Positions 18,940 through 28,647 of a stretch of 64,000 nt of DNA are shown here, piece by piece (within the stretch, counting starts at the first letter, position 1; each line of letters begins with the position of its first letter). A model generated the notes under the pieces. It did not search any database. It was not told the origin of the DNA and saw only the letters and a list, made by a program, of their open reading frames with translations. The translations under genes and the position numbers were made by a program. The stretch is from Marinicella sp. (GTDB taxonomy: Bacteria; Pseudomonadota; Gammaproteobacteria; Xanthomonadales; Marinicellaceae), in the NCBI GenBank assembly GCA_965230295.1, contig OZ246001.1, positions 1,312,001-1,376,000 of the forward strand, written 5' to 3'.

Positions 18940-19734
18940 ATGAATAACAACACTGCACTGATCACCGGTGCTTCTGGCGGCATCGGCAAAGAACTGGCCA
19001 GAATCCACGCACAAAATGGCGGCGACATGGTATTGGTCGCCAGATCAGTCGATCAGCTGAAAGCGCTGAAAACCGAATTAGAAACTCAACATGACATCAA
19101 TGTACACGTCATTGCCGAAGACCTCAGTGTGGCAGGCGCTGCTGAGCGGGTCTTTCAAGCCACTGAAGGGAAGGGGTTGAATATTGAGATGTTGATCAAC
19201 AATGCCGGCTTTGGCTCACATGGTTTTTTTCATGAACAAAGCTTGGAAAAACAACAAGCCATGATGCACCTGAACATGGTGACCTTGACCGAATTAACCC
19301 ACAAATATTTACCAGCCATGGTGCGAAATCAACAAGGCAAAATTCTCAATGTGTCATCCACCGCCTCCTTCATTCCCGGCCCATTACAAGCGGTTTACTA
19401 CGCCACCAAAGCTTACGTGACATCATTCAGTCAAGCCTTGGCTGAAGAACTGAAAGATTCAAACATCACGGTAACTGCATTGTGTCCAGGCGCAGTGGCC
19501 ACCGGGTTTGTCGAAGCGGGTAATTTGGAGGGCGTTGATGCTTGGAAACAAGCCAAATCTGCCCGTTCGGTGGCAGCCTGTGGCTATCAAGCCATGCAAC
19601 TAGGCCAACTGTTGGCGTTCAACGAAGGTCGTTTAAAGTTTTTACTGAACTGGATCACTCCTTTGATGCCGAGACAAACACTGTTGAAAATGTCTCGACA
19701 GATGATGGAAAAGAACCTGGCTACTGAGGTATAG
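18940..19734 (+). CDS. Short-chain dehydrogenase/reductase
   Basis: TGASGGIG, LINNAGFG, YYATK; start set at ATG 18940 after ggag. Confidence 0.93.
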   Translation: MNNNTALITGASGGIGKELARIHAQNGGDMVLVARSVDQLKALKTELETQHDINVHVIAEDLSVAGAAERVFQATEGKGLNIEMLINNAGFGSHGFFHEQSLEKQQAMMHLNMVTLTELTHKYLPAMVRNQQGKILNVSSTASFIPGPLQAVYYATKAYVTSFSQALAEELKDSNITVTALCPGAVATGFVEAGNLEGVDAWKQAKSARSVAACGYQAMQLGQLLAFNEGRLKFLLNWITPLMPRQTLLKMSRQMMEKNLATEV

Positions 19735-19741
19735 TTTTGCC

Positions 19742-20734
19742 ATGAAAAGAGCCACTCATTTCACTTTTTCACCCTCCTGGAAAGTGCTGTTGAACGACAT
19801 GGGCATAGATCCGGCAGATGCTTTGGTGGCTGCCGGATTACCTGCTGACCTGTTCAACCAAGCCCATGCCCAACTATCTGCCGTAGAGTATTTTCGTTTC
19901 TGGCAAGGGATTGAACACGTAACTGGTCCGAAAAATCTGCCCCTTTTGCTGGCTGATAACTTGAGTATTGAGAGTTTTGATCCGGCCATATTTGCCAGTA
20001 TTTGCAGCCAAAACCTGAACCAGGCTGTGGTGCGAATCAGTAAATACAAACCGTTGATTGGCCCCATGGTATTAGAACCGCAAATCAATGAGCAGCAAAC
20101 CCAATTACTGATTTCTTGTTATGGCTTTGCAACATCCTTGCCACAATCGTTTGAATTGACTGAGTTGGCGTTCTATACTCAATTGGCTCGTTTGGCAACC
20201 CGATATCACATCCAACCAACAGCCCTCACTTTGTCTGAACTTCCTGAGGATATGACGCCTTATGAACATTTTTTTGGTTGTCGCTTAATGAGGGCGCCAC
20301 AAGTCAGCATCACTTTCAGTGCTGCGGATGCGAATCGGCCCTTTTTAACTTCCAATGCCACCATGTGGTCTTTTTTCAAAACCAACTTGAACCAGCGCCT
20401 GAAAGATATGGACCAAGCCGCTAAAATCAGTGACCGGGTCAAGGCTGTGTTGATTGAGGCCTTACCTTGTGGCGAATCTTCCATTGCGCTCATTGCCAAA
20501 AGGCTGGCCATGAGTAAACGTACCTTGCAGCGCAAGCTCAGTGAAGAAGCCCGAACCTATCAGTCGGTATTGCAGCAGGTCAGATCAGACCTGGCTGATC
20601 ATTACTTGCGATACTCAGAACTGCCATTGGCTGAAATTTCTTTTCTGTTGGGCTTCCAGGAAACCAACTCGTTTTTCCGCGCCTACAGCAACTGGAAAGG
20701 CATCACTCCCAGCCAGTACCGGGCAGCCCACTAA
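19742..20734 (+). CDS. AraC-family transcriptional regulator
   Basis: IAKRLAMSKRTLQRKL, EISFLLGFQETNSFFRAY..GITPSQYR. Confidence 0.93.
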   Translation: MKRATHFTFSPSWKVLLNDMGIDPADALVAAGLPADLFNQAHAQLSAVEYFRFWQGIEHVTGPKNLPLLLADNLSIESFDPAIFASICSQNLNQAVVRISKYKPLIGPMVLEPQINEQQTQLLISCYGFATSLPQSFELTELAFYTQLARLATRYHIQPTALTLSELPEDMTPYEHFFGCRLMRAPQVSITFSAADANRPFLTSNATMWSFFKTNLNQRLKDMDQAAKISDRVKAVLIEALPCGESSIALIAKRLAMSKRTLQRKLSEEARTYQSVLQQVRSDLADHYLRYSELPLAEISFLLGFQETNSFFRAYSNWKGITPSQYRAAH

Positions 20735-20785
20735 ACAACCTATTTAGTTTGGAACAGCTTCCTGCTTTTCAGCTACAATCATGAC

Positions 20786-22240
20786 ATGCGCATAGAACCC
20801 TTGACAATGGCTTTGGTGGCCGGTTTGTACTTTGCCTTCTTGATGCTGATCGCTCATTTGACTGCCAAAAAAGCCTCCAACCAAGATTACTTCATTGGCT
20901 CCAGACAATCGCCTTGGCCAGTGGTGGCTTTCGGTATGATTGGTGCCAGCTTGTCCGGGGTGACGTTCATTTCCGTACCCGGTTGGGTCGGGGGCTCACA
21001 ATTCAGTTATTTTCAAATGGTATTGGGTTACATTCTGGGTTATGTGGTTGTCGCCCAAGTGTTGCTGCCATTGTATTACCGCGGTGGTTACACCACCATC
21101 TACACCTACCTAAAAGAGCGCTTTGGCTGGCATGCGCACAAGACCGGCTCTGCTTTTTTCCTGCTGTCTCGTCTGGTCGGGTGTGCTTTTAGGCTGTACT
21201 TGGTGGCGTTGATTTTGCACACCTTTATGTTGTCGCATTTTGGCTTGCCGTTTTGGCTGACTGCGCTGATATCCATTGCCATGATCTGGGCCTATACGGT
21301 CAAAGGCGGGATCAAAACCATTGTCTGGAGTGACACCTTACAAACGACTTTCATGATCATTGCGGCGCTGGGAGCCCTGTTGTTTCTGGCCAGTAATCTG
21401 GGTGAGTGCTTCTCTGTTGGCAGTGGTTTACAACAGATGATGGACAGCAGCTTCAGCCAAATTTTCTTCTTCAATGACGGCTGGGCAGACAGCCAGAATT
21501 TTTACAAACAATTCCTCAGCGGCATTCTTATTGTGATCGTGATGACCGGCCTGGATCAGGACATGATGCAAAAAAACCTGTCCTGCAAAAACCTGCGCGC
21601 TTCACAGAAAAACATGTATGTATTTGTGGTGATTTTGGTGGCGGTGAATTTCTTGTTTTTGTTGGTCGGTGCCGGTTTGTACCTGTACGCAGATGCCTTC
21701 CAAATTGCCCTGCCAGACAAAGCCGACTTGCTGTTCCCCACCATCGCTCTGAACCACTTCCCTGTGGAACTGGCCATAGTATTTGTGCTGGGCTTATTGG
21801 CCAGTGCCTACTCCAGTGCCGATTCAGCACTGACTTCTTTGACCACCTCTTTTTACCACGATATCTTGGATCGGGACGAAAATCAAGATCCGCGACAACG
21901 CCAGCTGATTCATTTGGGGTTTTCCTTGCTGGTGGTGACCTTGGTGGTGGTGTTCTATTACCTGATGCAAACCAATGCCATTGATGCCCTACTCAAAGCC
22001 GCCAGTTACACCTACGGCCCATTGTTGGGTATGTTTGCCTTCGGCATTTTCTCCAAGCGTCATCCAAACGACCACTTGATCCCCTGGATCGCCATCACCG
22101 CACCCATCCTGTCCTGGCTACTGGCCAATTATGGAACAGCCTGGTTGGGTGGTTACCAATTCGGTTACGAAATTTTATTGATCAACGGCACTGTGGTTTA
22201 TTTGGGTATGCTATTGACCAGCAAAACCAACAATAATTAA
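20786..22240 (+). CDS. Sodium:solute symporter
   Basis: FGMIGASLSGVTFISVPG, GGIKTIVWSDTLQT, TGLDQDMMQKNL, SAYSSADSAL. Confidence 0.92.
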   Translation: MRIEPLTMALVAGLYFAFLMLIAHLTAKKASNQDYFIGSRQSPWPVVAFGMIGASLSGVTFISVPGWVGGSQFSYFQMVLGYILGYVVVAQVLLPLYYRGGYTTIYTYLKERFGWHAHKTGSAFFLLSRLVGCAFRLYLVALILHTFMLSHFGLPFWLTALISIAMIWAYTVKGGIKTIVWSDTLQTTFMIIAALGALLFLASNLGECFSVGSGLQQMMDSSFSQIFFFNDGWADSQNFYKQFLSGILIVIVMTGLDQDMMQKNLSCKNLRASQKNMYVFVVILVAVNFLFLLVGAGLYLYADAFQIALPDKADLLFPTIALNHFPVELAIVFVLGLLASAYSSADSALTSLTTSFYHDILDRDENQDPRQRQLIHLGFSLLVVTLVVVFYYLMQTNAIDALLKAASYTYGPLLGMFAFGIFSKRHPNDHLIPWIAITAPILSWLLANYGTAWLGGYQFGYEILLINGTVVYLGMLLTSKTNNN

Positions 22241-24099
22241 GGCTCGAATTGCTGGTAATGCTGTTCGCCGCTGATGATGTCATATTGCAACAGCTCGTAA
22301 TCCTGAATCCAACTGCGGTGTTGTTCCGAGATGATCGACTCTTTGTGGAATTCTTGCAAGTTATTTTGAATCTCAGTTAACAGGTTAAACAGTGGGCTTT
22401 TGGATAATTGAGCGATCGTCAAAATCTGGGAAGACAACAAATTCATACTGGTGTTTTGAGGTATTTGTTGGTTATCAAAATTATTCCAAATAAAATAAGG
22501 GACCTGGTGGCTCTTGATATACACATCCAAGGATTTCAATTCATCATTGTCATCTTTTTGTTTCATGTGTTTCAAAAATTTCCACTTGAAATGTATTCTG
22601 TTCTTGATGTTATCGGTCGAAAAATTAGCATCCAAAAAGTCCATGGCAATCGACTGTCTGAATTCAGGCAAGCCGGGCTGATGATCACCCATAACCAATA
22701 TCACCGCTGGTTCATTGTTGTTTTGGTAGTGGTTGATCAGTTGACCAATTGCCTGGTCGGCTCGGTGAAGGGCATTGATGTACGTTCTCAGTTGTGCCTG
22801 GCCACCTTCGAAGTAAGTCCCAAACACCTCTAAATCTGAATGATCGTAGGCTGGATAATCCCAGGGTCCATGGGTCGAGTTAGGAAAACTAAATATAAAT
22901 TGTGGGTCATCACTGGCTTCTGTCACTGCAATGATTTCTTCTACCAACATAGCCTCAGAAGGATAAATACCTTTGGGGTCTTTCACCATGCCTTCTTTTT
23001 GCCAAAGCGTGTAGTAGTGATCAAACCCCAGATAAGGATAGGCTTTTAAGTAGTTAAAAAAGTCCATAGATGCCACGTGAATGGCACTTGAGGTGTATCC
23101 ATGCTGCTTGAACTCACGAATCAAACTGGACATGGGTTTGTTTAAATAATCTATATACGGGATGGATTTTTCAGGCATAAAACGCATACTCAACCCAGTC
23201 AATAATTCAAATTCCGGATTGGCAGAACGACCACCAATTTCTGGCGAGATCACCAGGCCAGAAAGGCTTTGTTGTGCAAATTTTCTGAAATTTGGAATCG
23301 GATCATAACTGGTTTCGATACCCATTTGTTTGGGGTCTGCGAACGCTTCAATGAAAAAGATAATCACATCAGGCTTCAACTGGGAATCACCTGTTTTTTG
23401 TGCTGTGTATTTAGCAGCAATTTGATCGATGGTGTCTTTTGAATAGCCAGCCGGTGGCTTGATGGGTTGATGTTTCAGTACTTTGTAGTAAAAACCGAAC
23501 AAAAAACCATGACGTTGTGAAAGGTTTATCGGCAGTACTTTGCCCTCTAAACCAAATGTCTTAAAGATTGATTTTGCAATGTCATTACGCCAAACCCCCA
23601 CCAGAAAAAGCGCCACAACCAACAATGAAATTGATAAGTAACGATGTCGATGTAACACCTGATTGGGTTTGGTTTTGATGACGATCATAACCAACAAAAA
23701 CAGCAGTAAACCAATTAAAAGAAACGCCATCCAATAATCAAGCCACAAACCAGGAACCAAAAACACTTGCGCACCATGGATGATGTCAATCGGCGAAAAT
23801 AACAAGCCAAACACCTTGAACATCTCGGCATTGATTAACATGAAGACCACATAAAACCCAGTCACCAGGATCAAAGACAAGGCGATGCGGCGCAACAACA
23901 AAGCCAACATTCCCGCAGTGAGAAATATGGCCAAAGGCTCAAAAAAGTACGACGAGGTGGCAAAACTGATGGGCGATAGTTCTGTGTACCTTTCGAAGAC
24001 AGAACCCACCAACCAAAAGACCAGAAAACAGTAAATATACATGGCTGCTACTGTCAATACCCGACCAATCAGGCGTGTACTTCCTTTATTTTTTGTCAT
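22237..24099 (-). CDS. LTA-synthase-family membrane sulfatase/phosphotransferase
   Basis: N-terminal TM bundle; FFIEAF, GGRSANPEFELLTG, THGP, MGDHQP. Confidence 0.87.
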   Translation of the reverse strand: MTKNKGSTRLIGRVLTVAAMYIYCFLVFWLVGSVFERYTELSPISFATSSYFFEPLAIFLTAGMLALLLRRIALSLILVTGFYVVFMLINAEMFKVFGLLFSPIDIIHGAQVFLVPGLWLDYWMAFLLIGLLLFLLVMIVIKTKPNQVLHRHRYLSISLLVVALFLVGVWRNDIAKSIFKTFGLEGKVLPINLSQRHGFLFGFYYKVLKHQPIKPPAGYSKDTIDQIAAKYTAQKTGDSQLKPDVIIFFIEAFADPKQMGIETSYDPIPNFRKFAQQSLSGLVISPEIGGRSANPEFELLTGLSMRFMPEKSIPYIDYLNKPMSSLIREFKQHGYTSSAIHVASMDFFNYLKAYPYLGFDHYYTLWQKEGMVKDPKGIYPSEAMLVEEIIAVTEASDDPQFIFSFPNSTHGPWDYPAYDHSDLEVFGTYFEGGQAQLRTYINALHRADQAIGQLINHYQNNNEPAVILVMGDHQPGLPEFRQSIAMDFLDANFSTDNIKNRIHFKWKFLKHMKQKDDNDELKSLDVYIKSHQVPYFIWNNFDNQQIPQNTSMNLLSSQILTIAQLSKSPLFNLLTEIQNNLQEFHKESIISEQHRSWIQDYELLQYDIISGEQHYQQFEP

Positions 24100-24147
24100 G
24101 GTTGATTCAATCCGGGATTCGATGCTGCAAAGTGGACAAAGTTTACC

Positions 24148-24570
24148 TCATTCACCTCCATACTTGGCAAACAATTCAGCCCCCGTGAGGTTTTCTTCGG
24201 TGTTATCGGCAAAACTGTAGTAATCGGGTTTTTCATCGATGAAAACCTGCTGTTTGAAGACCAGATTGCTGTCGTCATCAAACAAGCCGACCGGTACCAT
24301 GTGGTGTTGGTTGCCTTTCAAACGATAAAATAAATGAGAACCACAGTTCTGACAAAATCCTCGTTCAGCCCATTCGGATGAACTGTAGGTTTTGATGTGT
24401 TCGACGCCTGAGTATTCAATGTCGGCACCGCAATTAACTTCCATAAACGGCCCACCACCCCATTGGCGACACATTTTACAATGACAAGCGCCGACCCAAT
24501 CATGCATGCTGTTGGCGGTGAAACTGACTTGGCCACACAGACAGTGACCTTGGCGAGGGGATTGTGACAT
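24148..24570 (-). CDS. GFA/CENP-V family protein
   Basis: GHCLCG, CHCKMCR, RGFCQNCGSHL. Confidence 0.92.
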   Translation of the reverse strand: MSQSPRQGHCLCGQVSFTANSMHDWVGACHCKMCRQWGGGPFMEVNCGADIEYSGVEHIKTYSSSEWAERGFCQNCGSHLFYRLKGNQHHMVPVGLFDDDSNLVFKQQVFIDEKPDYYSFADNTEENLTGAELFAKYGGE

Positions 24571-24733
24571 GGGTGTACTCCGGTTTGTTGTGTTGTGTGT
24601 CCTTTATTTTAACTCAAATCAGCTTGCATTCCAGCCAGATTCGGCATGCTTATTTGGTATACCGACATGTCATTGTTTCCATATCAGAATTCATGTGCAT
24701 TCCCAAGCTGAAGACAAGAACAAGCATAACTAC

Positions 24734-24823
24734 TGTCATTGCGAGCCACAAAGTGGCGTGCCAATCTTTTGTCTATGAAAAGGCTTTTGGAGATTGCCGC
24801 GTCGCTGCGCTCCTCGCAATGAC
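24734..24823. repeat. REP-like element (gtcattgcgag...ctcgcaatgac family)
   Basis: Terminal inverted repeats, internal caatc/gattg pairing. Confidence 0.82.
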
Positions 24824-24832
24824 TATAATCCA

Positions 24833-24967
24833 GTCATCCTCGGGCTTCCTTAAGGGGCCTACTTTTGGTGGCCCGGGGATCCAGACTTTCGATCTTTCCA
24901 GCATGATAATTTAAAATCAACTGAAACATCGCCCTCCTGGATCCTGCGATCAAGTGGCAGGATGACA
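24833..24967. repeat. REP-like inverted doublet (gtcatcct..ggatccag / ctggatcc..aggatgac)
   Basis: Inverted ends; right half matches 4692-4719. Confidence 0.75.
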
Positions 24968-24996
24968 AGAAAAATATCAGCCACTGATGTCAGTGT

Positions 24997-25710
24997 TTAA
25001 TTGCCTTCACCCACCGCCTCCTTGATCGCGGCAGCGGCCAACAGCCTGTTGGAATTCAGCGCCGGCAGTGGGCTGTTCCCTGCATGCAGCACCAATGGCA
25101 GTTCAGTACAGCCCAGAATCACTGCATCACAGCCTTGTTCGCCCAAGTCAACGATGATGTTTTGCAAGGCCTCCACCGATTGGGGATTAAAGATGCCACA
25201 GACCAACTCATCCATGATGATGTCATTCATGTCTTTAATCTGTTCATCTTTGGGGCGCAACCAACCCATGCCCAGTGCTTCGAGGTGCTCAGGATAGACA
25301 TCGCTGTTGACCAACCATCGGGTACCCAAAATACCCAACTGCTGGTAGCCACGTTTAACTGCTTGGTTGGCCACCACAGCTGCTATATGTAACCAGGGCA
25401 GTGGCGTGTGGTCCATGACATGTTCCATGGCCTGGTGAATGGTGTTATCCGGACAGATCAGGAAATCAGCGCCTTGAGCAGCCAGCTTGTTGGCTGAGGA
25501 CAACATCAAGTCACCCACCCCCTTTAAATCACCAGCCTCCAGCCTGGCCACATAGTCAGCCAATGAATGGGTGTGCATGGAGACCTCAGGATGGGCATGG
25601 GGTCCCATGAACTTAGGACTTTGAGTACAGATGGTTTTGTAACACAAGGCCGCACCTTCGGCTGAACAGCCAACAATGCCGATGTGTTTGGTTGGAATTG
25701 AATCATTCAT
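24997..25710 (-). CDS. Aspartate/glutamate racemase family protein
   Basis: LICPDNTIH and ILGCTELP two-Cys motifs, LGILGT. Confidence 0.9.
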   Translation of the reverse strand: MNDSIPTKHIGIVGCSAEGAALCYKTICTQSPKFMGPHAHPEVSMHTHSLADYVARLEAGDLKGVGDLMLSSANKLAAQGADFLICPDNTIHQAMEHVMDHTPLPWLHIAAVVANQAVKRGYQQLGILGTRWLVNSDVYPEHLEALGMGWLRPKDEQIKDMNDIIMDELVCGIFNPQSVEALQNIIVDLGEQGCDAVILGCTELPLVLHAGNSPLPALNSNRLLAAAAIKEAVGEGN

Positions 25711-25764
25711 ACAACCAGTTTAACCGCTATTAATGATGAAGTAATGCTTTAAAACAACTTGTGC

Positions 25765-25817
25765 TGTCATCCTGAGCGCAGCCGGCCGTTTCCGCTTCCT
25801 TGTTCGGTCGGAATGAC
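25765..25817. repeat. Degenerate REP-like element
   Basis: tgtcatcctgagcgcagc...ggtcggaatgac resembles 4202-4313. Confidence 0.55.
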
Positions 25818-25822
25818 TCCAT

Positions 25823-25855
25823 AAAAAAAGCCTGTGAAGCAACGCTTCACAGGCT
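25823..25855 (-). terminator. Intrinsic terminator of the ElpS-like gene
   Basis: agcctgtgaagc-aac-gcttcacaggct perfect stem followed by a T-run on the minus strand. Confidence 0.85.
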
Positions 25856-25892
25856 AAGAGGGTTAACACGTCCTGTGTTGATCAGCACTGAA

Positions 25893-27641
25893 TCAATCTA
25901 AAAATTCAGTCCAGCCATTGGTCCATGCATTGGCTTGTGATTTGAATGCACCGGCATAATTGGTCTTGTCAAAGAAAGCACCAAATTTAGTACCGTCCAT
26001 AGGCTCAACACTTGGTGTACCAGCTGTTGGGTAGATGCCATTCAAAGCAGGATCAGCCACTTGGTTACCCATTTGTGCTTCGAAGAAAGACTGAACCGTA
26101 AAGGCATCACCGTCTTCTTCTTCAAAGTTCAAAGCACAGCTGATGATGGTGTTTTCCATGGTGGCCGTGCCGGTTAATGAACCAGGTGTTCCGGCTGCAG
26201 CAAATGTGGCGCTTGAATCCAAATCCAAACATTTTTCAAAACCAGTCACAATCACATTGGTCATGTTAAAACCCGTACCGCGACGTAACACCATTCCTGT
26301 GGTGGTTTTGTTGTCAGAAGGTCCGCCAATGAAAGTCGCATTGGCAATGCTGGGTTGTGATCGTGGCGTGGCATCGTTGTTGTCTTCGAAGTTATCCGCT
26401 TCGATACCGCGCTCTTTGTCATTGGCTGCATTGGGGTCTTGTTTCACCACCAAGTACTGAACGCTGCCATTCCAACCGTGGGTCCAATCCAAAGAATCAT
26501 CTTTGATGCCGGTCAAAACCAAATGCTTGGCATTCACAGTACCGCCGAAGAATTCGATGCCGTCATCTTCGTTGGCGTGTACTTGTACATGATCAACCAC
26601 AGTACCAGAACCAACCGCTTGGAAAGCAATGCCATTCAACTCATCTTCGTCGTTGATTCTGAAACCACCGAACTGAACACGAACGTATTTCAACACACCA
26701 CTGGAATCATCAGGAATGTTACCACCGAAGTTACCTGAACCACCTTCACCAATGTCTTCACATTGCTCGAATGGCACTGAATCATCACAGATGTTGATCG
26801 GCGCTTGGCCATTGATCACCAAACCACCCCAATTACCTGCACCGGCAGACGGGTCATTGGCAGTGAAAGGACCAGTGAATACAACTGGTGCATTGACTGT
26901 ACCTTCAGCAAAGATTTTAGAACCTCGTTGTACAGCCAAGAAATCGTTACCTGTAACACCCAATACCCGAGTACCTGGCTCCACAGTCAAGTTTGCTGTC
27001 GTACCGCCATCTTCACCAACAAAAACACCACCTTGCAAGACCCAGTTGGTGTCGTTGGTCAATGTCACATCACCCGTCAAAGTACCAGAAATCGCACACG
27101 TTTTATCTTGGGCCGTTGCAGTAGCAAAAGCAGGACAACCTGTGAATTCTGTTTGGTATGGACAGACTGAAGAATCACGCAATGTACCAGCGATTTCATC
27201 AAAAGGTACCAAATCAAAACTGGTGGAAGTGTCTGAGATGAATTGACTGCTGATACCCGTTATGTTGGCGCTGATGCTGGTACAGCTTTTGACATCAAAA
27301 GTCATAGAACCGAATGCGCTCACGGTTCTGTTTTGCACCTCAGTGAATGAACCGTCAGTCACTTCAAACAGTTGAAATTCCAAAACTGATTGACCGGCAA
27401 CCACAGGTGCATTACCTGCAACCCATGTGGGTGTACCGTCATCACCATAAATAAAACCTGTGGTGAACATCAATCCGGCTTCAGGACCCGTTTTTACATA
27501 GTCCAATTGCCAACCTGTACCATTGTCTTCTGCACCACGGTACCAGTTACCTTCGAACAAACCATCTACATTGATGGCAGCAGCCGTACCTGAAACCATT
27601 AAACCGCCCAAAACAGCGGACTTTAATTTACCCAATTTCAT
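25893..27641 (-). CDS. Secreted acidic beta-helix protein, ElpS-like, with extra N-terminal domain
   Basis: Sec signal; LTVEPGT, GSKIFAEGT, WGGLVING, DSSGVLKYVRVQFGG, ELNG, VGSGTVVDHVQVH, DDGIEFFGG, DDSLDW, GIEADN. Confidence 0.75.
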   Translation of the reverse strand: MKLGKLKSAVLGGLMVSGTAAAINVDGLFEGNWYRGAEDNGTGWQLDYVKTGPEAGLMFTTGFIYGDDGTPTWVAGNAPVVAGQSVLEFQLFEVTDGSFTEVQNRTVSAFGSMTFDVKSCTSISANITGISSQFISDTSTSFDLVPFDEIAGTLRDSSVCPYQTEFTGCPAFATATAQDKTCAISGTLTGDVTLTNDTNWVLQGGVFVGEDGGTTANLTVEPGTRVLGVTGNDFLAVQRGSKIFAEGTVNAPVVFTGPFTANDPSAGAGNWGGLVINGQAPINICDDSVPFEQCEDIGEGGSGNFGGNIPDDSSGVLKYVRVQFGGFRINDEDELNGIAFQAVGSGTVVDHVQVHANEDDGIEFFGGTVNAKHLVLTGIKDDSLDWTHGWNGSVQYLVVKQDPNAANDKERGIEADNFEDNNDATPRSQPSIANATFIGGPSDNKTTTGMVLRRGTGFNMTNVIVTGFEKCLDLDSSATFAAAGTPGSLTGTATMENTIISCALNFEEEDGDAFTVQSFFEAQMGNQVADPALNGIYPTAGTPSVEPMDGTKFGAFFDKTNYAGAFKSQANAWTNGWTEFLD

Positions 27642-27676
27642 CTAAATTACCTCTGATAAGAATTCAAAAAACCGAA

Positions 27677-27732
27677 ATTCTACGCCCGGGTTGTTTCAGT
27701 TGAGTGACTGTAAGATGAAGTTTTTGTTACAA
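27677..27732 (-). promoter_or_regulatory. Pho box (four 11-bp units) plus -10 element
   Basis: Minus strand reads TTGTAAC aaaa ACTTCAT ctta CAGTCAC tcaa CTGAAAC, 10 nt, TAGAAT. Confidence 0.75.
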
Positions 27733-27782
27733 GGCCAGATTCACTCCTTATATATATGGCAATAAAAAAAAATATGTCGCAA

Positions 27783-27816
27783 AGGTAACAATACTGTCAC
27801 ATTAGGGCCCTAAAAT
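27783..27816 (+). promoter_or_regulatory. Pho box (two units) plus -10 element
   Basis: AGGTAAC aata CTGTCAC, 10 nt (attagggccc), TAAAAT. Confidence 0.7.
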
Positions 27817-27847
27817 TTGCCGCATCTTAAATTTCAAAAGAAATATC

Positions 27848-28633
27848 ATGTCGCGCATACTTAAACTGAATTCAGCTTTACAGTGGGTCAAATGGTCACT
27901 CATTATTGGTGGCTCAGCCGTAACTTTACCCGTGTTGGCACAACAAAACACCGAAGAGATTGTCAACAACCTGATCCAACTCAGGGGTCAAGTGGAAGAC
28001 TTGCAAGCAGAGATGCAAATTCTTAAGGCTGAACACACCCAGTCCATGTCTTATCTGAACACCAGAAAGACAGAGTTGGAAGCCAACATCGACCGCAAAC
28101 AACTGCAAATCAAACAAGCCCAAGCCGAAGTGGTGGATTTACAGGAAAAGATTAAAAACTTAGGCCTGGACTCAGAACAAATGATTCCTGCAGTCATGGC
28201 ATTGGCCAACGGCATCAAGCAAGGCATTGAAACAGGCATTCCATTTAAATACAAAGAAAGATCAAGTGTCATTGATGACATCAGTCGCGATCTGCAAGGC
28301 CGCAAAATCACTTCACAACATGCGATCAACCGTTTGTGGGCCTTCTTGGAAGATGAAATGCGTCTGGCCAGAGAAAATGCCATCTATTCACAAACCATCA
28401 ACTTAAACGGTGAAGATGTGTTGGTGGATGTGGCCAAATTAGGGACGGTGTTGATGTACTTCAAAACCAGAGACGACCGTTATGGACAAGCCGTCAACAA
28501 CAACGGTTGGTCCTTCAAATTATTGGATGACGAATCAGAAAGCCAGGCAGTGGCCACATTGTTTGACTCTTTGAAAAAACAAATCAGACAAGGCCTTTTC
28601 ACATTGCCTTTGAACCTCAACCAAAAAGGATAA
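27848..28633 (+). CDS. DUF3450 / TtpB-like coiled-coil periplasmic protein
   Basis: Signal peptide, coiled coil, IPFKYKER, AKLGTVLMYF; first gene of TonB operon. Confidence 0.8.
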   Translation: MSRILKLNSALQWVKWSLIIGGSAVTLPVLAQQNTEEIVNNLIQLRGQVEDLQAEMQILKAEHTQSMSYLNTRKTELEANIDRKQLQIKQAQAEVVDLQEKIKNLGLDSEQMIPAVMALANGIKQGIETGIPFKYKERSSVIDDISRDLQGRKITSQHAINRLWAFLEDEMRLARENAIYSQTINLNGEDVLVDVAKLGTVLMYFKTRDDRYGQAVNNNGWSFKLLDDESESQAVATLFDSLKKQIRQGLFTLPLNLNQKG

Positions 28634-28647
28634 TTCAGAGACCCCTC

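Noticed and set aside
24564-24914. Short plus-strand ORFs between the GFA and racemase genes
   Set aside because: Overlap palindromic repeats; no coding features
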